A stretch of DNA of 63,654 bases, the filler included, from Reticulomyxa filosa (lineage: Eukaryota > Protista > Foraminifera), in assembly GCA_000512085.1 (NCBI GenBank). It is 16 parts of 16 records of this genome, joined end to end, with 100 filler letters (N's around TTAATTAATTAA, not from the genome) between each part and the next. Parts side by side here need not be neighbours in the genome. Positions count along the whole stretch, not along the records: positions 52,769 to 60,283 come from ASPP01014421.1; positions 60,384 to 61,463 come from ASPP01034012.1; positions 61,564 to 63,654 come from ASPP01019341.1; 13 more parts are not named here. One strand, given 5' to 3'. The notes beneath the pieces were generated by a model, which saw only the letters and a program-made list of their open reading frames with translations, made no database searches and had not been told where the DNA came from. The position numbers were made by a program, and so were the translations under genes. Within the stretch, counting starts at the first letter, position 1; every line of letters begins with the position of its first letter. This document shows positions 52,806-63,654 of this stretch, piece by piece.

Positions 52806-54048
52806 AAACCTTGAAATCCTTTGATCTTGCCTTTTCTAACCCAGTAATCGAAACTTCGACATAAAGACACTCCTGTCTTCTGCTTTCCGCTGTTCACGTC
52901 GGCGTCGTTTGGCTTTACAAATCCATACTTTGTTAAATCATAACCGAATTTGGACAAGCGCTTTTTTGTTAAGCTGAAGTCAGAAAACTTTCGCGACGTC
53001 TGCTCAAAGGGAGTTCCGTCTGGCATCCACAATGACACGTACCAACGTGGATTACGGTACACACATGTGACGTCCTTGATTCCACTCAAGCACGACAGCT
53101 CCATTACATCGACGGCCGAGATGCTGTTCCCGACCACGACCAGTCTCTTGTTTTCAAAATTTGTATTTTTCACGTCTGTCAATATCTTCACTTCACCATC
53201 AAATTTTCCAGGCTGTTGTCACAATCACATTACACATCCCATTTTATGCTTTGGTGCTTTTTTTTTTTTTTTTTTTTTTTTTGCAATGGATTCACTCACA
53301 GATATAAGTTTCCAAAGACAATTAACAAATTTTTTTTTTTAGTTTGGTCTCAACTAAAGGTGGTAGTCTTGGCTGACCAAATCTTCCAGTGCACACCACC
53401 ACTCGGTCAAACGTTTCTACAACCTCTTTTTATTACCGTCGACGGTGCTTACATATCGCACATTCCATTTGGATGACTGTATATTGATTAGTATGTATAC
53501 GTTTCTATTTTTTGTCAAACGGAGAACAGGGGGGGAGGGGGGGGGTGGGAAAAAAAAAAGCGGACCGAGCGGTTACTAGTATCAACAGGTTCGATTGATC
53601 GCACTGCGGAATTGAATTGAATATGCGGTGCTAGTCCAAATGCTTCACTGTAATCTAACAAATATTGATGCAATTCATGAATGGTCGAGTGCAGTGGTTC
53701 CTTGGCATTAATTGGATAAGGAAAATCTGGATAATGCATGTTCATTTTACTGATATTCGCACGCACATGTGACCATGTTTGTGCACTTGGATTTTTCAAA
53801 TCCCATTGGCCTCCAATATTTGAACTCGCTTCCAACAGTCGCACATTGCGAAATCCATACGCTTTCAATTCTTTCAATGCCACTAATCCACTCCAACCCC
53901 CTCCGATTACAAGCACTTTGTCATTGACGCCTTGTCCTGCTTTGGTGTTAGTTGCTTGCTCTTCCTTCACAACGGGACTGGTTACCGTGAGCGCAACACA
54001 TATACGCCCACAATTTGCAATTAATACTCCCAAATATCTAGCAAACAT
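52806..54048 (-). CDS. Flavin-containing monooxygenase (class B FMO), multi-exon, 3' truncated
   Basis: VLVIGGGWSG FAD motif, EASSNIGGQW, YLLDYSEAFGLAPHIQFNSAV, second Rossmann KRLVVVGNSISAVDV. Confidence 0.88.
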
Positions 54049-55049
54049 GTAGATAACTTAGTTATTATAGCTTGATTTGCAAAGATCTTTCGGCCTGCAC
54101 GACCTGCTGGTTAGTTACAAGGGGACTAAAACAAAACTTTTGCACTATAAAACAGACTAACGGAAACATATTTCTTTAACTTATTTTGTAATTTGTTAAT
54201 CTTCAAAATTACACTAAAAATTATTTTTTAACGTATGATTACTTAATTTTTAAAAAATATGACAACTGCAATGAAAAGCACTTTCGGCACATTGTTACAA
54301 ATAAAAAAATAACCAGTGTAGGAGAAGCTCATACTATATAGAAAATCGTTAAAGGGACTGACGAACTCCCGGTGGGTTAAACTTTTACTAACACTTTTCA
54401 CCCACCAGTATTTTCTTTTCTCGTTTTTAATCTGGTGTTTCGGTGTACACATTTCCACACATTTGTTTTTTTGTAAGTGTTCGTCTTTTAGTTTACGTTT
54501 TTTGCTTGTGTGATGATATTGTTAGGTTGAAATAATGATAATTGTAAGACCGTTACCTGATATAAAATATCATAATAAACATTTAAAAATCTTTTTTCTT
54601 TTCCACAATTTTGGTTTTGTGTTGTAACAAATAGGTGGTAATGTGCAATTGGAAATTTGAAACGCGAAATTTCGCGACTTGAAAAGTAGGAAAAATTGTG
54701 TTGTGTGTTTTTGCAAATCGCTCTTCATGTTTTTAGCAGAGCGGTTGTCTTTGTTGCTTTTTTTTGTTTTTTAGTTTTTCTTTTTGGTTTGGAAAAAAAT
54801 TCTAATTTAACAAAACTTGAACTATTTCATACATTGACTTCGACACCAATTGATTTTTGCAATATAGTTATTATTTCGTAATTTTTGAAAAGCTTAAAGC
54901 AAATCTATTGTAAATACAAAGATAAAAAAATGACAAAATTGAACGAAAATGACTTAAAATGTTTTAGTAAACGTACAAGAAACCCTTTTTTTTTTGAAGA
55001 TGAACCATAATTTTGTTCCCCCAAGACAACTAATTCAGCTCAGCTAGTT

Positions 55050-55604
55050 ATGAACAATAATACTGAACAAAATCAATTTGATGATGATGACATAATGTCA
55101 GACGAACAGTTTTCTCAGTTGCAACAGCGCTATTTTCAAAGCCGTCGTTTTTACACACCAAGACAGAATGTTCGGTCGAATATAAATGCAGTGGATGATT
55201 TTCAATCTTTTCAAACACCCAGTATCAAAAATCCTGTGCAGATACCATTGAAAACATCTCAATCACAAAACATACAAACATCGAATTCTCAACCACAATC
55301 CGAACAAAACTTAGACCAACACTCACAACATTGCAAAAGTAATGTGTTGTCACCAGACAATCTTAACTCCACCGTTAAAGAAAATTCAGCGACATTTGCA
55401 CAAAAAAGCTCCGAGAATACGACTAACAGCGCCACTGGAGACAATAACGCCATGGCAAATGATGCCAACGACACCAAGTCATCACAAATTGAAAAGAGCG
55501 GTGCGATGTTGGTAAAGAAAGATGATTCATCAAACACACAAAATTTTTATTCTCAGCTTGCTTCAGACGTAAAATACAAAAGTCAAAATAAGGAAAAATG
55601 TTGA
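55050..55604 (+). CDS. Hypothetical Gln/Ser/Asn-rich disordered protein or first exon
   Basis: 184-codon ORF in AT-rich surroundings. Confidence 0.4.
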   Translation: MNNNTEQNQFDDDDIMSDEQFSQLQQRYFQSRRFYTPRQNVRSNINAVDDFQSFQTPSIKNPVQIPLKTSQSQNIQTSNSQPQSEQNLDQHSQHCKSNVLSPDNLNSTVKENSATFAQKSSENTTNSATGDNNAMANDANDTKSSQIEKSGAMLVKKDDSSNTQNFYSQLASDVKYKSQNKEKC

Positions 55605-56510
55605 AAAATAGGTGTTTTTGAAGCGAAAATTTAACAAATATGCAATACGAAATAACTTCTAAAGATAAAAGTGTTGAGTTGTGATTTCAATTAATTTTAT
55701 TTGAAATGCTCGAAATAAGAGTAATTTATTGCCTTAGATCTACAGTATTTGAAATGTAAACAAATATCATTTCTATGTTGCTTCAGATAATAATGATTAA
55801 AGTGTGCTTCTAAACATTGTCAAACATTAGGAAAAAAAAAAATTTAAAAAAATTGAGAATTGAAGACAACAATTCATATAACGCATTTCTAATAGTGCGC
55901 GATTGATAGTGCATTGTCTAAAGTGTCTTGCTATTAGAAGAAAGCAATTAGACATTTTCAATAACAAGTCAATCAATTGTATTGCTATGATTTGAGTTGT
56001 TTTGCCTTTTTTTTGTATTATTTAATCATTTTGTAATGTTTTCTTCAACTTAGAAAGCCCAATTTCGTAATCATTGTCATTTTCACCAAAAAATTGACAA
56101 ATGTAAGAAAATTTCGTCCTCTTTGTTTCCCTTTATCATTTTGTTTTGTTTGTTCAAAAAGCGCGTTTGTATTACACTTATGCTTGTCTTTCAGCAGCAG
56201 TTTTTTCTCAACCTGTTTCTTTTTGCATATAATTATCTTATTGAGTACAAACACTCAAACAAAAGTACTTCTAAGATAACTCTTCTGGAAATAAGACACC
56301 ACAGATTTTGGTTTTGTTAATACAAAAACAAACGCAGTTGAAGCAGCAATTAATTGATATTATGATATAATTTTTAAAAATGTATTTGATCAAAACTAAA
56401 CCAATAAACAAATTTTAATAATTTATGAAAAAGGCCAAGAATTATATAATTATAACAACACGTCCAAAGTTTAACTAACCCCAACTTTGTTGTAACAAAT
56501 AATTCTTGGT

Positions 56511-59235
56511 ATGAATGAACTTACATATGCTCCCCGACAGGACTCACAAATTGCAACTGAGTCAGGCTTCACAACGAGTATTACGTCAACTTGCCAACAC
56601 AATCCCACAGATCTCGCAAAGGACAAAAATAAGTACGCAGCTGCGCACAATGTAGAAGCTAGCAAGAGTTGGAATGACAGCAATGAGAACGAAAGAAGCG
56701 CAATTGAAGTGAATGACAAAAAAAAAGTGGAAAGAGAGCAGCGTAAAGAAGTATTATATGGGAAAAGAAGTGCATTTGAGAAACGAAAGCAAAGCAGTGG
56801 TCGACTATTGTCGGCGAATTCAGTGGGTTACACATTAAAAGAGCAGGCAGAGTTGTTATACTTTGAATATGACTTGGCACCGTCCACAAGCGAGCAGACA
56901 ATAGGACCGAAAGCCGACGAGAGCGTCAATGTAAATCCAAGTGAGGAGCAGCAAGTGCATCCCAGCACAGCGAATAAGGACGAGCATCCAACGCAGCCAA
57001 CAGATATGAAGAGCGAAAAAAAAAAGATGACGAAGCGAATTCAAAAACAGATGCAAACGCTACAAGCACAGCAACGGGATCAACCCACCCTATTGTCGCA
57101 GCTGCACAAGGCGAAAGCGAAGACAAAAAAGCGCAAGCTGAGACTATCACCAATGACGCGAACAGTAGCGAAAATGAGGAGCCCATTGCGTTGAATTTGC
57201 CGAGCGAAGAAGAGCTGCTGAAGATGATCAATCCCACTGGAAAATTCTTGGCACCGGCAATCAAGCGCAAATTACTCGATGACATGATCGACCAGTTGAT
57301 TCCACCCGATATCAAACAGAAGATAGAAGAACAAAAGGCGAAATCTCGCAAAAAAATGGCAAGACCGCCCGAATATGATTTGTTACGTATCAATCTTATC
57401 CACTACGTTTTATCCTAATTGTATTCGCATTTTCTATAACATTCGCACCACATATTGTGTATGCGTATATAAATATATATATGTATATGTATATACATAT
57501 ATGTTTATACATATGTATATGTATAAATATATACATATATATATATATATATATATTTACATTGTTTGTTTGTTTGTTTATTTGAATGATAGGTTTCGAA
57601 CTTTTTATGAAACCAAGTTTGCAAACAAATGCTTTTCATTTGTTCAATTTGTTTGTTTCTTTGTTTGTTGTTGGTTAAGTTTATTTATGAATTAGGGCTT
57701 TTCATTTGATCTTTTAACCCCCCCTTTTTTGCCGTGCTGTTTTCTTTCAGTGAAACATTTCGACAATTGCAACAACAGCGTCGTGATGGATATGAAAATG
57801 AACATGTGGAGAGGTTCTTTGACTTAAAGTATCGCAACCAAGACAATTCCAATCGAAGCAGTGACCAAAATGTGGTCCAACTGTTTCGACGATTCTATCG
57901 CTACGCTATTGATATCGACAATGGGTGTCACTACGTCGAATGGATGGTCAAATGCGCAAAGGCCAAACAAGTGTCCTACTTTTTGGACATTGGCTTTGCG
58001 CCGGGAGGCATGTCCAAGCTCTTGTTGGATGGATGCAATGGGATTCGAGGGATGGGAATTACATTGCCTCCAGAGTCCAAAGGCAACGCTATCATCCGCG
58101 AGTTGTATCGACACAAAAAGTTTTTTTGTCGTGAGTTTGATATTGTTTCGCTTGCGAAGCAAATTAATCGTAGAATTGACTTTATGAAATTGTGTAAGTT
58201 TGAGAATGAGCAAATGTTTCCTGGATTCGATTTGGTTATTTTTTTTTTAAACTTTTTTTTTTTTGAATGGATTTTAAACAACGACATTTTACAAAAATAG
58301 GTGATCATTGGTATAACCATTCATCAAGAGTTCGACGAAGCCGGATATCAACGACTGGATCATCAAATACTCCTAAGCGAGTTGTACGTCGCATTTCAGA
58401 CATTGGCCCGTGGAGGCGCCATTTTAATGAGACATAAAATATCATTAGATTTAATCCATCAACATATTCTATATATGATGCTCACTTGCTTCAGCTCCTT
58501 CAAATGCCACAAACCAATGACGGAATTTGCCATTCGAAAAACATTTTGGATTTTATGGACCGGTTTTGACAGCTTGAAAGCGCAACCTTTTATTCAAAAT
58601 TTAAGACATTTGGTTCATGTCGATAAAGAAAAGCCGCCTTATGCCATCAATCGTGAAACGGGCAAGTTTTTCGATCCGGCCATGGTCAAAGTTTGGTCTG
58701 TATATTCGGATGTTCTTTGTTTATTTTTTTTTTTTATTATTATTTTATTTATGTTTGGAACACACGTACACATATGCCACTCTCCCTCTGTTCATATCAG
58801 AAATCTGGAGAAGAAATTATAGCCGAACAAGGGGACAAAATGCTTCAAGTAATGGTCCCAATGTTTCACGTGCAGCTGCAATGCATTGAGGATTACTGCC
58901 AAGGAAAGAAAGATCGCTTGTGCAAACACAAGGATAGATGCTCGGACTCGGGTTGTATGAAAGCTCACAAATATGACGATCTCTTGCGTGGTGTTCAAGA
59001 AGCTCAAGACGAAGTAGACAAAACAATGTTTGCACAAATTGAACTGCATAAACATTCTTCTCCTATTTTGTATGAATTGTCAAAATTACCACTTGGAAAC
59101 AAAGCGGATTCACAAAAAAGACCCAGAAATCGTCGCTATGCAAATCCGAATCCCCACAACCGCAAGTTTTCTGCAAAGCATTCTGCTGAAAAACATTACT
59201 CGTCGTTTAATCAGTACGACGATATGGATGACTAA
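56511..59235 (+). CDS. FtsJ/RrmJ-fold SAM-dependent methyltransferase with C-terminal CCCH-type zinc finger (multi-exon)
   Basis: FLDIGFAPGGMS, GMGITLP, FDLVI, LARGGAILM; C-terminal CKHKDRCSDSGCMKAH; frameshift in the A-run near 57016-57025. Confidence 0.75.
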
Positions 59236-59591
59236 ACTCTTTTTTTTTTTTTTTGAGAAAAATATCATATAAACGATTAGAGAAAAAACGGATTGTTGTT
59301 TTTGCTATTGCAGCCGAGATGAGTGGGATGACACTTAAACAAAATGCAATAAAGGGTTTTTTCCGATTAAATTGAAAAATGTTTCATTGACCACTACAAA
59401 CTATCTGTCGAATGCTAAAGTCCTTCTTTATGCGGAATTTTGAATTTGTCCTAGAACCGAAATGTCCAACGAACGTAACAGGAGAGCTTCTAACGGGGGG
59501 GTTTTTTATTGGATGAACGTACTTGTCGTAAATTCAAATATTTAAATCCACGAAGCATTTGATTCATTATTTTTTTAACTTTTTTTTTGTT

Positions 59592-60283
59592 ATGTCCTCG
59601 AATTTGCTTTTCTCCAGTCAAGGGAAAAAATTAGGTCCTTCCTCATTGAAAAAAAGAAAGCCAACAGAACCAGTAGACTCGAGCTCAGAGGACGAGGCTG
59701 CTAATTCAATTGAGCCCACACATGATAGTGGATCAACACGTACAGAATCAAGTCAGAACAATGCAAATGACAATGAAGTGCGAAAATTTTGTGACATAAA
59801 TTCTTCGAGCCTTTTGTTCAGAAAAGCATTTTTTGTAAAGTGCAAGAAAAAAAAATGGTATAGTTTTAGACATAAGATTTGAATGATACTGTACAGATTC
59901 ACGATAGGCCACAAACCCGAATTGTATCTGCTGGCCTACGTAAACGATTGAGAGAAGAAACAGTGAGCGGTGATGGCAGCGCAGGGGCGTTCGATACATC
60001 ACGAAAACGCCATCGCAAAAATAGTGACACCAAAAGTCCAAATGTGGTAACGAAACAAAAGTCAATAATGGTGAAAAAGCCAAAGAAAGAAAAAATCATC
60101 CGTTATTGCGCGTTTTGTAACAAAGAGTTGAACGAGGACATTGGAGGAAAATACTGTAGCGAAGCATGTAAATCGGAGGCCATCAAGCTCAAGTTCTTTT
60201 GTTTTCCATGGTCACACATTTTTTTTTTTTGTTTTTTTATTTTTTTGTTTTTTTCAAAAAACACAGACGCAGCTGCGCGTATA
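59592..60283 (+). CDS. Partial protein with FCS/TRASH-like zinc finger
   Basis: YCAFCNKELNEDIGGKYCSEAC after basic NLS-like segments. Confidence 0.5.
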
Positions 60284-60383
60284 NNNNNNNNNNNNNNNNN
60301 NNNNNNNNNNNNNNNNNNNNNNNNNNNTTAATTAATTAANNNNNNNNNNNNNNNNNNNNNNNNNNNNNNNNNNNNNNNNNNNN

Positions 60384-61422
60384 AATTGTTTGAAATTTTT
60401 TAAATCTTCTTCTTTCACATTTGGAAGGTTAGGCCATTCTTTGTTATCATTATATTCACTAATTGCAATCATCACTACCAAAGCATTTTTAATTGTTTTT
60501 GTTTTTCCAATCATTATTGGTTGAAATGGAGTCCAAATTATTTTAAATGAAGGTCTGTTCTTTTTGAATTCTCTTTTCAAATCTCTGTCTGATTCAATAA
60601 TATTATCTTTCATATTGGTCAAATCGAGCTTTACATGCTCATTTCTCATTTTTTGAATATCTTTCCGTTCCAAACAACTATGACTTTGACGAAAAAGTTC
60701 TTCAAATGTCAATTCTTTCATTTTTATCAATGTTTTTCTTTTATCCACTATCACATATGCTGTCAACTATTTTGAATTTTATTATTGTAATTCAGAGGAA
60801 AAAAAAAAACAAGAATAAAAGAATTTACAATTCATTAACTTCCTTCTCTTCTTTGTTATCTTCATTAATCGTAGTTAAGTTAAGGTAAACGTCAATTGAA
60901 AAAAGAATAGAATCAATATCATCTTCTGTAATATCATTTTTCCATTTGCGCTCATTCAATAACCATAGTTTAAATTGTTCATTTGACAATGTTTTACATT
61001 TTTCAATTATTTCTGTTTTATCACTTTGTTTTCTTTCATTCCACCATTTCATCAATTTGTTATACTTTTTCTGGGTTTTTTTTATTTATTTTGGATATGT
61101 ATCAAATGCAACAACACAAAAAATACATTCTAACATTTACATTCTTCGTTTTTGTCACGCCATCATCTTTTTCCCCAGTTTTCTATTTAAAAAAGACTGT
61201 TTTTCATTCATCCTCTTTATATCAGGTAAAAAAAACAAAATATCAATACTTAACTTTTGCATCCTTTTCTTTTACTATTTTTCTTGTTTTACTCTCATTC
61301 TCCTTTTCTTCTTTCTCCACTTCTTCATCTTCTTCATCCTCATCATCATCTTCTTCATCATTATCATCATCTTCTTCATCATTGTCATCATCATCATCAT
61401 TATCATCATCTTCTTCATCATT

Positions 61423-61455
<33 letters not shown>

Positions 61456-61463
61456 TTCTTCTT
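60384..61463 (-). CDS. Caspase-like (peptidase C14 fold) lineage-expanded family member, partial
   Basis: Acidic tract and helical exon, then KNALVVMIAISEY..WPNLPNVKEEDLKNF (first strand and helix of the caspase/metacaspase fold); the catalytic dyad is not in the contig. Confidence 0.6.
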
Positions 61464-62464
61464 NNNNNNNNNNNNNNNNNNNNNNNNNNNNNNNNNNNNN
61501 NNNNNNNTTAATTAATTAANNNNNNNNNNNNNNNNNNNNNNNNNNNNNNNNNNNNNNNNNNNNATAATTAAACAAGACAAAGATCTAATGAAAAATATCA
61601 TTTATATTTGCTTAATTAGATGTAAAAAATACTTTTGAATTCATCTTGTTGTCTTCAGAATAACTTAAATTACAAAAAAATCAATATTTCTGTTTGCAAA
61701 GAATGAAAACGAATTTTTTATGAAATAGTTATTAACTATGATAATAACAATATAATTAAATGATCAACGCAATATTTTTGAATTTACAATTTTGATTTTT
61801 TTTAAATTGATTGCACAGTAATTGATGAGAATTGATTTTAAAGCAAGGATTGAGCAATTCGTTGAATTTTTTCCAATTTTTTTTTATGCGATTCAGCAAC
61901 GCCATTACAGAATGCAAATGTACTATTTTTCTTGAAGTTTTTCCATATACATAATTAACATGTTCTTTGTATGTTAACTGTAAATCAATATTAATCACTG
62001 CTATTTGTTTCAGGAATTTTTGTATCTTAAGACGAAGATATAATGTAAGATAATTTTTTTTTTATTACAGAATGTAATGCTTTGCGATTATAATAACAAC
62101 TTCTATACACATTAACACTTTGATTGTAAATTCCTTTGATGCTGCTTATTTACTCTCAATGAAACTTCAAAAAAATAAAACTTCTTGAATTTTAACTGAA
62201 ATTGAACGTGTTTGAATTAGCTAAAAAGCAAATTAAATAGACAATATTTTTTCGAACAAAATTATCGGCCATTCGAGATAAAGAAAATTTTGATAAAGTT
62301 ATTTGCAAAAGATTGAATGCTATGATTGTATTGAGATATCAAAGATTAAGATCACCGATTAGTATGATGCATATTTTTTACACAATTTCAAAATTATTCA
62401 AAAGGAACATGAACAAAAAAGCATTTTCAATATTCACTTATTGTATGACTTGTTTGTATAAATT

Positions 62465-62870
62465 TTATAATCCCCAAATTCGAATCTTACAATCTGTAGA
62501 ATCTGACGCAATTGTATTATTATTTTGAGAAACATCTACACATATCATAGACACATGTTGAACATCCTTTCAATGTTTTCCATTCTCTTCCTGTTTTAAT
62601 GTCCCATATTCGAATTGTATTATTAGAACAGAATACAATAGATTTACCATCTGGAGAAAATTTTGCACGTGTTACAAGAATGTTCCTTGAATTGTTTCAA
62701 CCTTTTACCAGATTCTACATTCCACAGACTAATTGTTGTATCAATTGATGATGATATAATCATTTTACCATCTGGTCCCATATTCGAACAGTGTGATCAT
62801 CTGATGCTGAAACAATCTTGCGACTATCTGCAGAAAATCTTACACTGTTCACTGTATTGCCTTGCGCTGT
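62465..62870 (-). pseudogene. WD40-repeat pseudogene
   Basis: FSADSRKIVSASDDHTVRIWD, AKFSPDGKSIV..TIRIWDIKTGRE..LKG, TIASDSTDCKIRIWG with frameshifts and stops. Confidence 0.8.
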
Positions 62871-63279
62871 AGAACTATTAACGATTGAAAATCTCTTATC
62901 TATTTAAAATATGATGTATATAATAACAATCATTTATATTTTCAAAAAAAAAAATCTTAACATATTTCAAAATAATTTTGCTAAAATCATCAATCCATCC
63001 AAATTTTATTTTTAAAATTCAAATCAAATGTTGAATGACAAATTTGATTTCACTATTTGACTGTTTATAAATCATCTATTTACTTCTTGCATCTTGCTTT
63101 AGTTTACACTTTTGGAATTTGAATGTAATTGAATTTTTTAAAATTAGTTATTAAGTTTTTTCAATTTGTGTTATTTTTAAATGTGTAAGTGTATGTTAAT
63201 ATTTTTTTGTTTTCGTTTTGCAAAATTGAAATAAAAGTTACTGAAACAAAATTATTTAATTTATAAGCAATTTTTTTTT

Positions 63280-63654
63280 TTATAAATTTAGCATATTTTG
63301 TTTCATTAATGTGCTATCTCTTTTAACGAATGGCATGCCGTTGTTAATTGTATATAATACTGCACCTTCAACGGCTATTTTTTTGTATTTTTCAGAAAGA
63401 AACATGCAAAATAAATTGATATTGTGATTGCAACAGCGTTTTTCCAAAAACTCGTTTATTCTGTTTTTGTATTTTTGTTTATTATTATCTTGGCATTTCC
63501 ATTGTCCAAATTTAAATAATAATTCCATCGTCTCATTGATATTTCCTTTACACCAATCATTAAGTGCAACATAAACAAGATTTAAATCAATGGAGTGATT
63601 CCACATTGCACTTATTTGCATAATTTGTTGGATATACTGATCATATCTTGTCCA
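63280..63654 (-). CDS. C-terminal part of a lineage-specific expanded-family protein
   Basis: Frame open from window end: WTRYDQYIQQIMQISAMWNHSIDLNL...NNGMPFVKRD; recalled as a multi-copy Reticulomyxa family, not verified. Confidence 0.55.
   Translation of the reverse strand, partial: WTRYDQYIQQIMQISAMWNHSIDLNLVYVALNDWCKGNINETMELLFKFGQWKCQDNNKQKYKNRINEFLEKRCCNHNINLFCMFLSEKYKKIAVEGAVLYTINNGMPFVKRDSTLMKQNMLNL

Noticed and set aside
57010-57030. Programmed ribosomal frameshift in the methyltransferase gene
   Set aside because: The shift falls in a long A homopolymer, as does the one near 46930; homopolymer sequencing error is simpler. Raw reads would settle it.
6391-61563. Regularly recurring TTAATTAATTAA motif as a biological repeat or CRISPR-like array
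   Set aside because: Always centred in an identical N-padded 100-nt block; it is an artificial six-frame stop linker. ORFs containing X and cross-spacer gene neighbourhoods are artefacts.

Overview
Eukaryotic, AT-rich, intron-containing genomic DNA made of 16 short contigs joined by 15 identical 100-nt spacers (N44-TTAATTAATTAA-N44, stops in all six frames), so adjacency across spacers is not trustworthy. The degenerate WD40, kelch and CAP-Gly repeat families, the caspase-like family and the microsatellite-filled GT-AG introns point to a foraminiferan such as Reticulomyxa filosa (inference from recalled family patterns, no search run). Recognisable genes: PPIL3-type cyclophilin, TMEM147, a GT11-like fucosyltransferase, a TMEM70-family protein, MGST3, a mitochondrial PPR-SMR protein, an F-box/EF-hand protein, a PH-domain protein, ERV1/ALR, an FMO, an FtsJ-fold methyltransferase with a CCCH finger, and several pseudogene remnants. 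Two items stand out. (1) A stop-free exon of about 1,190 codons on the minus strand (approx. 41-3614) is absent from the ORF track because its frame runs off the window; it encodes a 4-TM protein with two tandem dCache-like extracellular sensor modules behind a large unknown N-terminal domain. (2) An OAS/CD-NTase-like nucleotidyltransferase fold (52073-52668) has its three catalytic Asp positions apparently replaced by Cys/His/His.
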